Source: Anaerolineae bacterium (lineage in GTDB: Bacteria; Chloroflexota; Anaerolineae; Aggregatilineales; J027). From it: a stretch of 64,000 nucleotides of DNA. The notes beneath the pieces were generated by a model. The model was not told the DNA's origin. It did no database searches and worked only from the letters and a program-made list of their open reading frames with translations. How positions within the stretch are numbered: the stretch's first letter is position 1; every line of letters begins with the position of its first letter. A program made the translations under genes and the position numbers. The stretch lies in NCBI GenBank assembly GCA_008933735.1, contig WBUL01000002.1:209937-273936 (forward strand), given 5' to 3'. Positions 49,722 to 59,065 of the stretch are shown here, piece after piece.

Positions 49722-51545
49722 CTAGAGGTATCGGGATACCGCGCTGCTTTCAATATAGTCCAGCGATTGATGGCGGAAATAGGTATTGTATAAGTCGGCG
49801 TAATGCCCGCCATCACGCAGCAGCGACTCGTGTGTTCCTTCCTCAATGATTTCGCCCTGCCGCAGCACAATGATTCGATCTGCATTTTTGATCGTACTCA
49901 AGCGGTGAGCAATGACAATCGAGGTGCGGTTCTCTAGGACGGTATCCAGCCCTTCCTGAATCTGGGCTTCCGTCAGCGGATCAACGCTGGCTGTCGCTTC
50001 ATCCAGGATAAAAATCGGTGGATCTTTGAGCAGCACCCGACACAAGGCCACCAACTGACGCTGCCCCATGCTAATCGCGCTGCCGCGCTCGCCTACCTCG
50101 GTGTCTAGACCGTTAACCAGCGTATCAACCCAATCCCCATTGGCAACTTTTTGCACCACAGCCTCAATATCGGCGTCGGCGGCGTCGGGCAGGACATAGC
50201 GAATATTGTCCCGTACTGTACCGCTAAACAGGAATGGGGTCTGATTGACGATTCCCAGATTCCGGCGGTAATCCTGCAAATCAAAGGTGCGAATATCCCG
50301 CCCATCTGCCAGAATTTGCCCGCCTTGAAACTCGTAAAACCGCGCAATCAGCTTGCCAATGCTGGATTTCCCCGCACCAGTATGCCCTACCAGGGCAATG
50401 GTTTCACCCGCCTTGATGTCCAGGCTGAAACGGTTGAGAACACTTTCCTCGTCGGTGTACCGAAAGTCCACCTGCTTAAATTCGATATGCCCCCGCAGCC
50501 GCCCCACTTTCTGATGATCCGTCTGGATCACCTTCGGATCAGCATCAACCAGTGCAAACACCCGTTCGCTGGCACTCAGGCCATTTTGAAACTGACTCCA
50601 GAATGAAGCGATGCTGGTCAGAGGAAACCAGAACTGGTCAAGCGCCTGGATAAATATCCACCATGCGCCCGCCGTAATGACACCATCCGCCACCCGCACC
50701 CCGCCAAGATAGACCATCGTGGTTGTCCCCAATGTGGCGGCAGTCAGGTTCAAAATCGGGAAAATCGAGCTAAAAGTAAACCCCTGCCGCAAATTGATGC
50801 GGTATGCCCGCCGATTGATCTCATCAAAGGTATGGTAAATCTCATGTTCCTGACGGTAGGCTTTGGCAACCGTGATGCCGCTGACGCTCTCCTGAATATT
50901 CGCATTAACTTCTGCCAGCACACGCCGAGACTGCTGGGTCACATACCGGGCAAATCGGCGGAACACCAGCGCAATGGCGACCACCAGCGGCGCAAACCCA
51001 ATGACTACCAATGCCAGGGTCGTGTTGATGGAAAACAACACGATCAAGAGCAGCACAACCAGCAAAATCTGGCTGATCAGGTCAATGGTTAGCTGCACGA
51101 CATTGGCAAACTCCTGCGTATCAGAGGTCACGCGGGAAACAATTTTGCCCGTTGGATACTCGTCATAAAACGACAAATCGCGTGCCATGACCGCCTTAAA
51201 CGCCGTTTTCCGCAGCTCCAGCACCACATCTCCAACTGCCCGTGTGGAAATACGCCGCCGGATGTAATTGGACAGCCATGAAAATACGCCAGAAGCAATA
51301 ATGATCCCACCAACCAGCAGAATCGTGCTGGTCTTGGTGCCTTCTTTGGCGATTAAATCCAGACTGTATGAGGTCAGGACGGGCAGCGCCGTATCAAAAC
51401 CGGCGGCCAGAAATACCGTTACCCCAACAATCAACATCCTGCGCGACTGCGGCTTGAAATAATTCCAGATCCGCGCGATCAGTTCACGGTCCGTGTATGA
51501 GCGGTCATAAGCTTCAGCTTCCAGCCCATCCATGATGAAACCCAT
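49722..51545 (-). CDS. heterodimeric ABC exporter subunit (TMD+NBD, consensus Walker B)
   Basis: GHTGAGKS, ISMGQRQ, ILDEAT, AHRLST. Confidence 0.93.
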   Translation of the reverse strand: MGFIMDGLEAEAYDRSYTDRELIARIWNYFKPQSRRMLIVGVTVFLAAGFDTALPVLTSYSLDLIAKEGTKTSTILLVGGIIIASGVFSWLSNYIRRRISTRAVGDVVLELRKTAFKAVMARDLSFYDEYPTGKIVSRVTSDTQEFANVVQLTIDLISQILLVVLLLIVLFSINTTLALVVIGFAPLVVAIALVFRRFARYVTQQSRRVLAEVNANIQESVSGITVAKAYRQEHEIYHTFDEINRRAYRINLRQGFTFSSIFPILNLTAATLGTTTMVYLGGVRVADGVITAGAWWIFIQALDQFWFPLTSIASFWSQFQNGLSASERVFALVDADPKVIQTDHQKVGRLRGHIEFKQVDFRYTDEESVLNRFSLDIKAGETIALVGHTGAGKSSIGKLIARFYEFQGGQILADGRDIRTFDLQDYRRNLGIVNQTPFLFSGTVRDNIRYVLPDAADADIEAVVQKVANGDWVDTLVNGLDTEVGERGSAISMGQRQLVALCRVLLKDPPIFILDEATASVDPLTEAQIQEGLDTVLENRTSIVIAHRLSTIKNADRIIVLRQGEIIEEGTHESLLRDGGHYADLYNTYFRHQSLDYIESSAVSRYL

Positions 51546-51585
51546 TAGCAGCTCCTTATCGTCAGGTGATTTTCAGACAAAATGA

Positions 51586-53376
51586 CTAATCGCCCACTAC
51601 ACTCTGCGGCATGTCGATTTCATAACGAGCAAAAATACGGCGATAATCCACGCTGCGAGTGAGCAGGTCGTCATGGGTGCCCTGGGCAACAATACGCTCC
51701 CCCTTGACCACTACAATCAAATCCGCCCAACGGATCTGGCTCAAACGGTGGGTAATGAGCAGCACCGTTCGGCCTTCCTGCGCTTTGCGAATCGCCTTCT
51801 GAATTTCGTCCTCGGTGGCACTATCAATCGCACTGGTGGAATCATCCAGAATCAGAATGCTTGGATTGGTCAGAAACGCACGTGCCAACGCGATGCGCTG
51901 ACGCTGCCCGCCGGACAGTGTCACGCCGCGTTCCCCGACTTTGGTCTCATAACCACTTTCAAAGTTCAGAATGAAATCATGAGCCTGTGCTGCTTTTGCC
52001 GCCCGTTCAATGTCTTCCTGCGATGCATCCGGTACCCCGAACGCGATATTCTCAGCGACTGTGCGCGAAAACAGAAAAATATCCTGTTCAATCGTACTGA
52101 TCTGTGACCGAAGACTATCCAGCGACCAGTCGCGCACGTCCACATCGTCAATGAGAACACACCCTTCGTCTGCGTCATAAATACGATTGACCAGCTTGGT
52201 AATGGAGCTTTTCCCCGAACCTGTCTGTCCCACAATAGCAACGGTCTGTCCGGAGGCCACCTTGAAGGACACATTTTTCAGCACAGGATTTTCCGGGGTG
52301 TACCCGAAACTAACATTCTGAAATTCAATATCGCCGTGCATCCGGGCAGAGTATCCCTGCGTATTTTCGTCTAAATCGGACTGTTCAGTAATCAGAGAGA
52401 GAATACGTTCCGCGCTGGCATATCCAAGCTGCACCAGCGAAAACACAAAAATACTGATGAAGGTCGGGAAACGGAGCAGCGAAAACATACCTACATACCC
52501 CACGATCTGCCCGATTTTAATTTCCCCCCAGCGATACAGAAAAACGGCGTGTAAGAATCCCAGTGTAATGGCTACACCCAGCATCATCAGCGGTAGATAA
52601 CGCGCCTCAATTTCTCCCTGCTGGACAAACCACTTCCGAAAATCACTGGCATTACGGATGAATTTTTGTTCTTCCTGGGCTTCCTGGGCTGAAGATTTGA
52701 CCACTTCGATGCCAGAAATGACCTCCTGCAAATCAGCGCTCATTTTTCCAAAGCTGTCCCGCGAATTCGTGGTCACTGGTCCCAGACGGTTGTTGTAGTT
52801 TCGCAGCGCCATCAGGAACAAAAAAATGAAAAGAACCGGTGTGACCAACAAACGCGGATCAAGCAAGGCGATACCAATCAACGGCACCACCAGAAAAATT
52901 GAAGACCCGATCACAAGATTGATTCCGGGGTTGAGCATAAAGTTCAATTGACGAACATCATCAGTTGCCCGCGCCATAATGTCGCCAATGCGCTGACGGT
53001 CGTGGAAGGTCTGACTTTTGCCGAGCAAACTCATATACAGTTCATTCCTGGACTCGCGCTCCAGCCGCTGAGCCAGCACTTCAATCGTCAGATTGCGCGT
53101 CCACTGAGCAGCCCCAAAAGTGAGTGCTAACCCAAAAATCATCGCTACAATCGTCCGAAGGCGGTCCAGGTTCGGCGATTCCTGGCTGATGACGGTAAAT
53201 GCTTCGCCAACTAAATTTGCAATCGCAGCTTGTCCACTGGTATTGACGATGGCAGCGCCAAGCATGAAAAAGGCAAACGCCCTATATCGCCAGATGTGCG
53301 ACAACAGCCATCGAGTCGTGCTGCGGTGGTTGTACTCATATGCACCAGTCACAGAAAATTCGCTTTTAGAAGCCAT
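51586..53376 (-). CDS. heterodimeric ABC exporter subunit (TMD+NBD, degenerate Walker B)
   Basis: GQTGSGKS, LSGGQRQR, ILDDSTS. Confidence 0.93.
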   Translation of the reverse strand: MASKSEFSVTGAYEYNHRSTTRWLLSHIWRYRAFAFFMLGAAIVNTSGQAAIANLVGEAFTVISQESPNLDRLRTIVAMIFGLALTFGAAQWTRNLTIEVLAQRLERESRNELYMSLLGKSQTFHDRQRIGDIMARATDDVRQLNFMLNPGINLVIGSSIFLVVPLIGIALLDPRLLVTPVLFIFLFLMALRNYNNRLGPVTTNSRDSFGKMSADLQEVISGIEVVKSSAQEAQEEQKFIRNASDFRKWFVQQGEIEARYLPLMMLGVAITLGFLHAVFLYRWGEIKIGQIVGYVGMFSLLRFPTFISIFVFSLVQLGYASAERILSLITEQSDLDENTQGYSARMHGDIEFQNVSFGYTPENPVLKNVSFKVASGQTVAIVGQTGSGKSSITKLVNRIYDADEGCVLIDDVDVRDWSLDSLRSQISTIEQDIFLFSRTVAENIAFGVPDASQEDIERAAKAAQAHDFILNFESGYETKVGERGVTLSGGQRQRIALARAFLTNPSILILDDSTSAIDSATEDEIQKAIRKAQEGRTVLLITHRLSQIRWADLIVVVKGERIVAQGTHDDLLTRSVDYRRIFARYEIDMPQSVVGD

Positions 53377-53459
53377 GAATTAGAACCTTTGTTCGATGGG
53401 CAAATCTAATGATACCTTAAAAAAAGAAGCGTTTCAATTCGACTTATGGACAGGTTTTC

Positions 53460-53789
53460 TTAAAGTTTGTGGATATACCGCAGACTAAAAATGAGGGCAA
53501 TCGTCAACGTTACTGTGGACAATAAGGGTATCAGGCAATTATAAATTTCAACTGTCATGCCAGGCATCAAGTAGAAAACAACGACAAACAGCAGATTGAT
53601 GACACTGGCAATCAACAGCAGTTTTCCTCCATAGGCATTCGCCGGATACCAGACTTCCGGGTTACGGAGCGTCTTCCGGGTGCGAAATCCATACCAGAAA
53701 TTAGGCCTGATACGCTTTTGAATCAAAGGAATAGAGATGCCTATGAAAAGCAAAAACATCAAAACGTAGAGTATGAGTAAGGTATCCAT
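53460..53789 (-). CDS. SdpI-family membrane protein
   Basis: IRPNFWYGFRTRKTL...WYPAN...GK, 3 TM helices. Confidence 0.85.
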   Translation of the reverse strand: MDTLLILYVLMFLLFIGISIPLIQKRIRPNFWYGFRTRKTLRNPEVWYPANAYGGKLLLIASVINLLFVVVFYLMPGMTVEIYNCLIPLLSTVTLTIALIFSLRYIHKL

Positions 53790-53798
53790 TGAGGCAAG

Positions 53799-53828
53799 AG
53801 GGGTGGGCCTCGCAGACCGCACCCCTAC
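53799..53828 (-). repeat. GTAG-led palindrome (REP-like or terminator)
   Basis: GTAGGGGTGCGGTCTGCGAGGCCCACCCCT on the minus strand. Confidence 0.35.
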
Positions 53829-53835
53829 CCACTTT

Positions 53836-55302
53836 TCACTTCATGGCCTGACCCAGGGTGGCACAGGCCGGGCAGGTTCCATCCGGACGAATAATTGCAA
53901 AACCGCCTGTAGGATCAGGGGTCTTGCCGTCAAAGTCCACGTTCCAGACAATCATCAGACGGACGCGACCACTGCTGCGCGAAAGCTGCGCCGCCTCGCC
54001 TAACCAGATAGACTGCTGCTGAACCGTTGTCGTTGCCGCCCACTCAAAACCGGGGACAGTGGTCACGCCCAGCCCTTCAAAGCTGAGATAGCCAAGTTCC
54101 GTCCAGCAAACCGGACGCGCCCCACCGAATGCATTGAAGTAGGTATCCAGCATCCCAAAGAAATAGCGGGTATAGTAACCGCCATTGTCACGGGGGTCGC
54201 CGTTGCGCCGGGTCGGGCTGATGATGCCTTCATTGTAATGAGCGCCGATGCAGTCCATATAGTTTGCTGCACCTGCCTGCGCCATACCACGAACGTAGCG
54301 ATCATCGTTCCACACGGCGGCTGATCCAAAGGCGGATTCGGCACCGGTGGGAGCAGGCGCGCCGCTGATAACCAGCACGTTTTTGTTGGCCGCCTTGATT
54401 TTCTCATGCGCTTTCTTCAACATGGTGGTGTAATTCGTCGGGTTAATTTGACCATTCGGCCATTCACGGTCAAGATTCTGTTCGTTCCAGACTTCAATGG
54501 CCTCCGGCCCCAGACCTGCTACTCCACCAAGAAAAGTAGCAAATTCATCCGTATAAGTCTCAAAATTCGTGGAGGCTAATTCATTCTTATCACCGATAAT
54601 GCTCAGAAGAACTTTAAAGCCGGAAAGATGCGCCGCATTAATCGCCGGGGCGGTGACGTCAGGGTTATCACCCCGCTTATAGCGAATCTGTACCTTCGCC
54701 CATTTCATGCCCGCCTCGCGCATTTCATCTACTGCGCCAAAATCGACTCCGGCAACATGTCCACCAAGTTCAAAGGAACTGGTGGTGCCAGTGCCACCCG
54801 TCGTACCGCCAGTAGTTCCCCCTGTCGTGCCGCCCGTCGTGCCACCAGGGACCGTCAGAACCTGACCCACATAAATGAGGTTGACGTTGGTGATGGCGGG
54901 ATTCGCCTGAGCAATGGCCTGGACAGTGGTGTTAAACTGGCGTGCAATCTTGCTCAGGGTGTCGCCCGCGACCACAGTATATTGAGAAGCTGTTCCGCCC
55001 GTTGACCCGCCTGTTTCGCCCCCTGTATTGCCGCCTGTTGACCCGCCCGGAATCGTCAATGACTGGCCGATATAAATGATATTCGGGTTCGCAATTCCGT
55101 TTGCCTGGGCGACCGCTTGCACCGTTACGCCATAGCGCAGGGCGATACGGAATAAGTTTTCTCCGGGCTGCACCACATGGGTAACAGTTTGAGTCGTGGT
55201 CGTCCCACCTTCCTGGGCCTGCACTGTTTTAGAGGGCACTGCAACTAACAAAACAGTGGCAGCCATTATGAGAATTAAGCCTAAATTGAGTATCCTTCGC
55301 AT
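53836..55302 (-). CDS. secreted 2xLysM + clan GH-A glycoside hydrolase
   Basis: HVVQPGENLFRIALRYG, YTVVAGDTLSKIA; EVWNE acid/base, WTELG nucleophile; (GGTT)n linker. Confidence 0.88.
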   Translation of the reverse strand: MRRILNLGLILIMAATVLLVAVPSKTVQAQEGGTTTTQTVTHVVQPGENLFRIALRYGVTVQAVAQANGIANPNIIYIGQSLTIPGGSTGGNTGGETGGSTGGTASQYTVVAGDTLSKIARQFNTTVQAIAQANPAITNVNLIYVGQVLTVPGGTTGGTTGGTTGGTTGGTGTTSSFELGGHVAGVDFGAVDEMREAGMKWAKVQIRYKRGDNPDVTAPAINAAHLSGFKVLLSIIGDKNELASTNFETYTDEFATFLGGVAGLGPEAIEVWNEQNLDREWPNGQINPTNYTTMLKKAHEKIKAANKNVLVISGAPAPTGAESAFGSAAVWNDDRYVRGMAQAGAANYMDCIGAHYNEGIISPTRRNGDPRDNGGYYTRYFFGMLDTYFNAFGGARPVCWTELGYLSFEGLGVTTVPGFEWAATTTVQQQSIWLGEAAQLSRSSGRVRLMIVWNVDFDGKTPDPTGGFAIIRPDGTCPACATLGQAMK

Positions 55303-55491
55303 CTTAGCAACCCTATTCTTTGACTTGCCTCAATGATAATCCGATTGAAGATTTATAGCCAATTCATTTTCAGTTTTTGATGCTCACTAAGACGGGAAAC
55401 CGTTGAAGCTAGAGGGAGCCTGCAAAAATTGGGGCAGATAGAAACTCAGAAAATCCAGCCCACCGTTGCTCTTCACCTTTAACAGATAAAC

Positions 55492-55519
55492 AAAAAACCC
55501 CGTGATATGGCCACAGGGT
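55492..55519 (-). terminator. intrinsic terminator
   Basis: ACCCTGTG-GCCATAT-CACGGGGT followed by TTTTTG. Confidence 0.75.
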
Positions 55520-55539
55520 CGACTCTGATAGGCTTGGGC

Positions 55540-55755
55540 TTAGTCGGGCAGGATATTTGTACCGAGCAGAACATCCCCCCAGACCAAAAACAGAAACGAG
55601 AGCGGGATAGCAGTCAACAGGAAATATTTGACGGAGTAGGTTTCGATATCGGAGTCCAGATACAGATACACCAGCAAGAACGTCAAAACAAACCCTGTCA
55701 CGAATGAAATGCCCCACACCAGCGCCCGCTTGATGGTGAGTGATGTTTTATCCAT
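55540..55755 (-). CDS. small two-TM membrane protein
   Basis: GAAGG RBS, two hydrophobic helices, followed by its own terminator. Confidence 0.7.
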   Translation of the reverse strand: MDKTSLTIKRALVWGISFVTGFVLTFLLVYLYLDSDIETYSVKYFLLTAIPLSFLFLVWGDVLLGTNILPD

Positions 55756-55844
55756 AGATGCAACCTTCAAAACTTTGTGCTTGCTGCTGCTATTTTAACC
55801 AAACGACTTTGCAGATACAACCACGCTTTTGGCACGACAGCCTA

Positions 55845-55873
55845 TAGACAGTTTTCCGCCCGATGATTAAGCT
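55845..55873 (+). promoter_or_regulatory. putative sigma70 promoter for lysC
   Basis: TAGACA-N17-TAAGCT. Confidence 0.5.
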
Positions 55874-55912
55874 AAACAGACAATTCTTGAAAAAACCCGG
55901 TGAAGAACATCC

Positions 55913-57331
55913 ATGAGTTTGATTACCATGAAATTCGGCGGTACCTCGATGGGCAGCGCCGATGCCATTAAACAGGTCGCCTCGATTATCCTTGAAAATG
56001 CACAACAGGGTCACCGCGTAGTGTCGGTGGTGAGCGCGATGGCGGGCGTCACCGATACCCTGATCCGGTCAGCACGCGACGCGGAACAAGGCAACGTGGC
56101 AACCTACAAGCAGGCGGCGGCACAACTTCATCAGCGCCATGTGGAAACGGTTCGGGCGCTGGTCAGCGCTGCTAACCGCCGTGAAAGCCTGATCGATGAA
56201 ATCCGCAGTCTGCTGGATGACTTTGAACAGCTCTGCCACAGCATCAGCATCATGCGCGAAGTCACACCACGTGGGATGGATGTGGTCTCCTCATTGGGGG
56301 AGCGGTTGTCCTGCCGTTTGCTTTCGGCTCATCTGCAAGACCTTGGCTACGACTCGCAGGCGTTCGACTCAAATTATCTGGTCGTCACCAACGACAACTT
56401 TCAGAACGCCACGCCTGATATGGACGCCACGCGGGAAAAAGTACAGACCAAGATTTTACCTGCGGTCGAAAGCGGACTTTTACCCATCATCACCGGATTC
56501 ATTGGGGCCACCCCGAACGGCACGATTACGACCTTAGGGCGCGGCGGCAGCGACTACAGCGGCGGGATCATTGCGGCGGCCCTGCCCTCCGACGAATTGT
56601 GGATATGGTCGGATGTGGATGGGGTCATGACCACTGATCCGCGCATTACCCCCCAGGCCCGGACTATTGCTACACTGAGCTATGGCGAGGTCAGTGAAAT
56701 GGCTTATTTTGGGGCAAAAGTGCTGCATCCCCGAACCATATTGCCTGTGATGGATATGGGAATGCCGATCCGCGTGTTGAATACCTTCAACCCGACTCAC
56801 CCCGGTACGCTGCTGCGCCCTGAGCCGGAAATCGTACCAGGAACCATCAAAGCCATCACAACTGTGCAGGATGTACATCTGGTGACCGTGTACGGGCGCG
56901 GCATGGTCGGTGTGCCGGGAATTGCCGGACGGACATTCACCGCCGTAGCACGGGCAGGGGCTAGTATGCTGATGTTCGCCCAGTCATCGTCCGAACAGAG
57001 TTTTTGTTTTGTGGTTCCGGGCAGCACCAGCCAGAAAGTCAAAAAGGCGATTGAGCGCGAGTTGGCTCTGGAAATCGAACGGAAAGATGTGGGTGGGGTC
57101 GATATCGCCGAAGAAGTTGTCATCGTCACGACCGTTGGCGCGGGAATGCGCGGCACACCCGGCGTCGCAGCACGTATCTTCGGCGCGTTGGGTCAACACA
57201 ATATTAATGTGCTGGTCATTGCTCAAGGGGCATCAGAATACAGCGTCAGCATGGTCGTAGATAAGAAGGATGCTGTGCAGGCTGTTCAGGTGCTGCATGA
57301 TTTGGTCTCGAACGGAAAATCACGCGGTTGA
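55913..57331 (+). CDS. lysC: aspartate kinase with two ACT domains
   Basis: KFGGTS, VVSAM, TTLGRGGSDYS, DVDGVMTTDPR, FGAKVLHP, QGASE. Confidence 0.95.
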   Translation: MSLITMKFGGTSMGSADAIKQVASIILENAQQGHRVVSVVSAMAGVTDTLIRSARDAEQGNVATYKQAAAQLHQRHVETVRALVSAANRRESLIDEIRSLLDDFEQLCHSISIMREVTPRGMDVVSSLGERLSCRLLSAHLQDLGYDSQAFDSNYLVVTNDNFQNATPDMDATREKVQTKILPAVESGLLPIITGFIGATPNGTITTLGRGGSDYSGGIIAAALPSDELWIWSDVDGVMTTDPRITPQARTIATLSYGEVSEMAYFGAKVLHPRTILPVMDMGMPIRVLNTFNPTHPGTLLRPEPEIVPGTIKAITTVQDVHLVTVYGRGMVGVPGIAGRTFTAVARAGASMLMFAQSSSEQSFCFVVPGSTSQKVKKAIERELALEIERKDVGGVDIAEEVVIVTTVGAGMRGTPGVAARIFGALGQHNINVLVIAQGASEYSVSMVVDKKDAVQAVQVLHDLVSNGKSRG

Positions 57332-57356
57332 CGGGTTTCCCAAAGACCCCTACGAT
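57328..57356 (+). promoter_or_regulatory. sigma70 promoter for the LysE leader
   Basis: TTGACG-N17-TACGAT overlapping the lysC stop. Confidence 0.7.
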
Positions 57357-57365
57357 TGAAATATT

Positions 57366-57455
57366 ATGGATATGTTAATCGCTATTCGCTTGAATAATCA
57401 GCAAACCAACCTGAGCATCGGGAAGGATGTCAGGGTGTGTTTGCATAGAACCTAA
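57366..57455 (+). CDS. putative leader peptide MDMLIAIRLNNQQTNLSIGKDVRVCLHRT
   Basis: Begins 9 nt after the -10; NNQQTN cluster immediately before the antiterminator arm. Confidence 0.5.
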   Translation: MDMLIAIRLNNQQTNLSIGKDVRVCLHRT

Positions 57456-57474
57456 CCCTTAAATTGACATCTCG

Positions 57475-57514
57475 AACCCCGATGCACAATAGAGGTATCG
57501 GGGTTTTTTGTTTT
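57475..57514 (+). terminator. attenuator terminator upstream of the LysE gene
   Basis: AACCCCGATGC-ACAATAGAG-GTATCGGGGTT followed by TTTTGTTTT. Confidence 0.85.
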
Positions 57515-57530
57515 AAATCTGGAGGAATGG

Positions 57531-58175
57531 ATGCTGGAAATGTTAATCTCCGCCTTTGTCCTGGGAATCGTGGTCGCTATGCCACCCGGTGCAGTCACCA
57601 TTGCAGGGGGGCGTCGGGCTATCAGTTTTGGGTTTGGCACAGCAGTATTTTTTACGATGGGTTCAACCACCTCGGATGCTTTTTATGCCAGCCTGGTGTA
57701 CCTGGGGCTTGCCCCTTTTCTGGAGGAAAATGAGATCGTGCGGCTGTTCATGTGGATCATTGGAGGCGCGTGGTTATGCTGGTTAGGCTACGAAGCCATG
57801 CAAGCCCGGATCGAAGTACCTGGTGAATCCGATGAGTTGACGAAGGAACCTCGCTGGCGTAGCTATGGGTCGGGGGTTGGCATTACCTTGTTAAACCCGC
57901 TGACCATCGCCGGATGGGTCGCACTGGCCGGTAACTTTTTTGCAAGCTGGTCACACGATTGGCCTTCGCTGGAAAAATTTGGCTATCTGGCGATTGCCAT
58001 GATGCTGGCAGGGGTAGTGACATGGTTTTTATTTCTGATGGGCGTACTGAGTTCAATGCGGCATTTTCTGAGTCCGGTGGTGCTGCGGCGAATCTCTCTG
58101 GTCTCCGGCGTCATGCTGCTGTTGTTCGGGCTGAGCGCATGGTGGTCGGCATTCCAAACTCTGTTTTTCCAATAG
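57531..58175 (+). CDS. LysE/RhtB family translocator
   Basis: MPPGAV, SDAFY, GGAWLCWLG, GITLLNPLTI; GGAGG RBS. Confidence 0.88.
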   Translation: MLEMLISAFVLGIVVAMPPGAVTIAGGRRAISFGFGTAVFFTMGSTTSDAFYASLVYLGLAPFLEENEIVRLFMWIIGGAWLCWLGYEAMQARIEVPGESDELTKEPRWRSYGSGVGITLLNPLTIAGWVALAGNFFASWSHDWPSLEKFGYLAIAMMLAGVVTWFLFLMGVLSSMRHFLSPVVLRRISLVSGVMLLLFGLSAWWSAFQTLFFQ

Positions 58176-58237
58176 AGTAGCATTCCTGCCTACTTCATCC
58201 TATAATGACGATATAAGTTCTTCGGACACAAAACACA

Positions 58238-59065
58238 ATGGATGAACTACTTTCGCTGGAAAAACTCGCCCGCATGTCGAATACTGAGTTAGCAGAACTG
58301 GCTCAGAAAGTCAGAGGGCGGTTAAATAATGAGGACTGGCAGCAGTTTGTCCAGGACTTACGGGTAAGCGGGCATGTCCACTCGCTGGAAAGTGCACCCC
58401 TGCTCATTCAGCGTTACCTGCGGCTGGATATTGACCTTGACAGGGAACTTTCCAAACGCTCGACCAATGCGCCGCTTTTATCATCCCTCGTGCTGAGCCG
58501 CCCGTCACCGAATGAGCGGCAGTTTTTAGCACGCATTTCCAGCCAGGATAACGCCGCCTCCATGGAAGTCGAAATTGACCCCCAGGCAGATACCACCAAT
58601 ATTGCTTTCACTGTAAAAAGTATGCTCACCCTGCGATTTAACCTGCCCGTTTTAGACCTGGAAGAGCGCCGTGTGTTTGTGGAAAAAGCGCGACGGGAAT
58701 TGGGAATAGCCTTCTTGTGGACTCGTGAGCGCTGGGAAAGTGATTACCTGATTTTCATCCGGCAGGACTATTTTTCACGGGTTTACGCCTTTTCCCGGAA
58801 CACGGAAGCGACCGCCCGCATTACTACACAGGCGATGGGCGATTTGATGCACTGGCTGGAAAGATGCTGGTTCCCGCGCGGAAAAGGGGGACGCACCCGC
58901 CGCACACAGCAGGTTGATGTTCCACAGCCGCTTATCCCGACGGCTTCCTCAACTCAGCCCAAACGCTCTGAGGAACTGCGCCGTATGATTGAGGAATGGC
59001 AGCTAAAACAGGCCAGAGAAAAGGATAACCCGTCCGAGGGGGATAATTCTTCAATCTCCTGGTGA
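58238..59065 (+). CDS. hypothetical protein
   Basis: 275-aa ORF with TATAAT upstream; no motif recognised. Confidence 0.7.
   Translation: MDELLSLEKLARMSNTELAELAQKVRGRLNNEDWQQFVQDLRVSGHVHSLESAPLLIQRYLRLDIDLDRELSKRSTNAPLLSSLVLSRPSPNERQFLARISSQDNAASMEVEIDPQADTTNIAFTVKSMLTLRFNLPVLDLEERRVFVEKARRELGIAFLWTRERWESDYLIFIRQDYFSRVYAFSRNTEATARITTQAMGDLMHWLERCWFPRGKGGRTRRTQQVDVPQPLIPTASSTQPKRSEELRRMIEEWQLKQAREKDNPSEGDNSSISW

Noticed and set aside
51586..53376. Pseudogenised ABC ATPase (LDD instead of LDE)
   Set aside because: This is the normal degenerate site of heterodimeric exporters; the partner has the matching altered signature (ISMGQ).
53460..53789. SdpI plus ABC exporter as a bacteriocin locus
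   Set aside because: No precursor peptide or modification enzyme is nearby.
54780..55030. Short tandem repeats as a possible CRISPR or VNTR
   Set aside because: They encode the Gly/Thr (GGTT)n linker with synonymous variation; no spacer structure or cas genes.
55830..55846. Sigma54 promoter (TGGCACG) before lysC
   Set aside because: The -12 TTGC element is absent; a sigma70-like promoter fits better.
55860..55912. Lysine riboswitch before lysC
   Set aside because: The predicted 5' UTR is only ~35 nt, consistent with aspartate kinase not serving lysine synthesis here.
57356..57397. Tyr-rich alternative leader (LKYYGYVNRYSLE)
   Set aside because: Its TTG start overlaps the -10 hexamer and so lies upstream of the predicted transcription start; no RBS.
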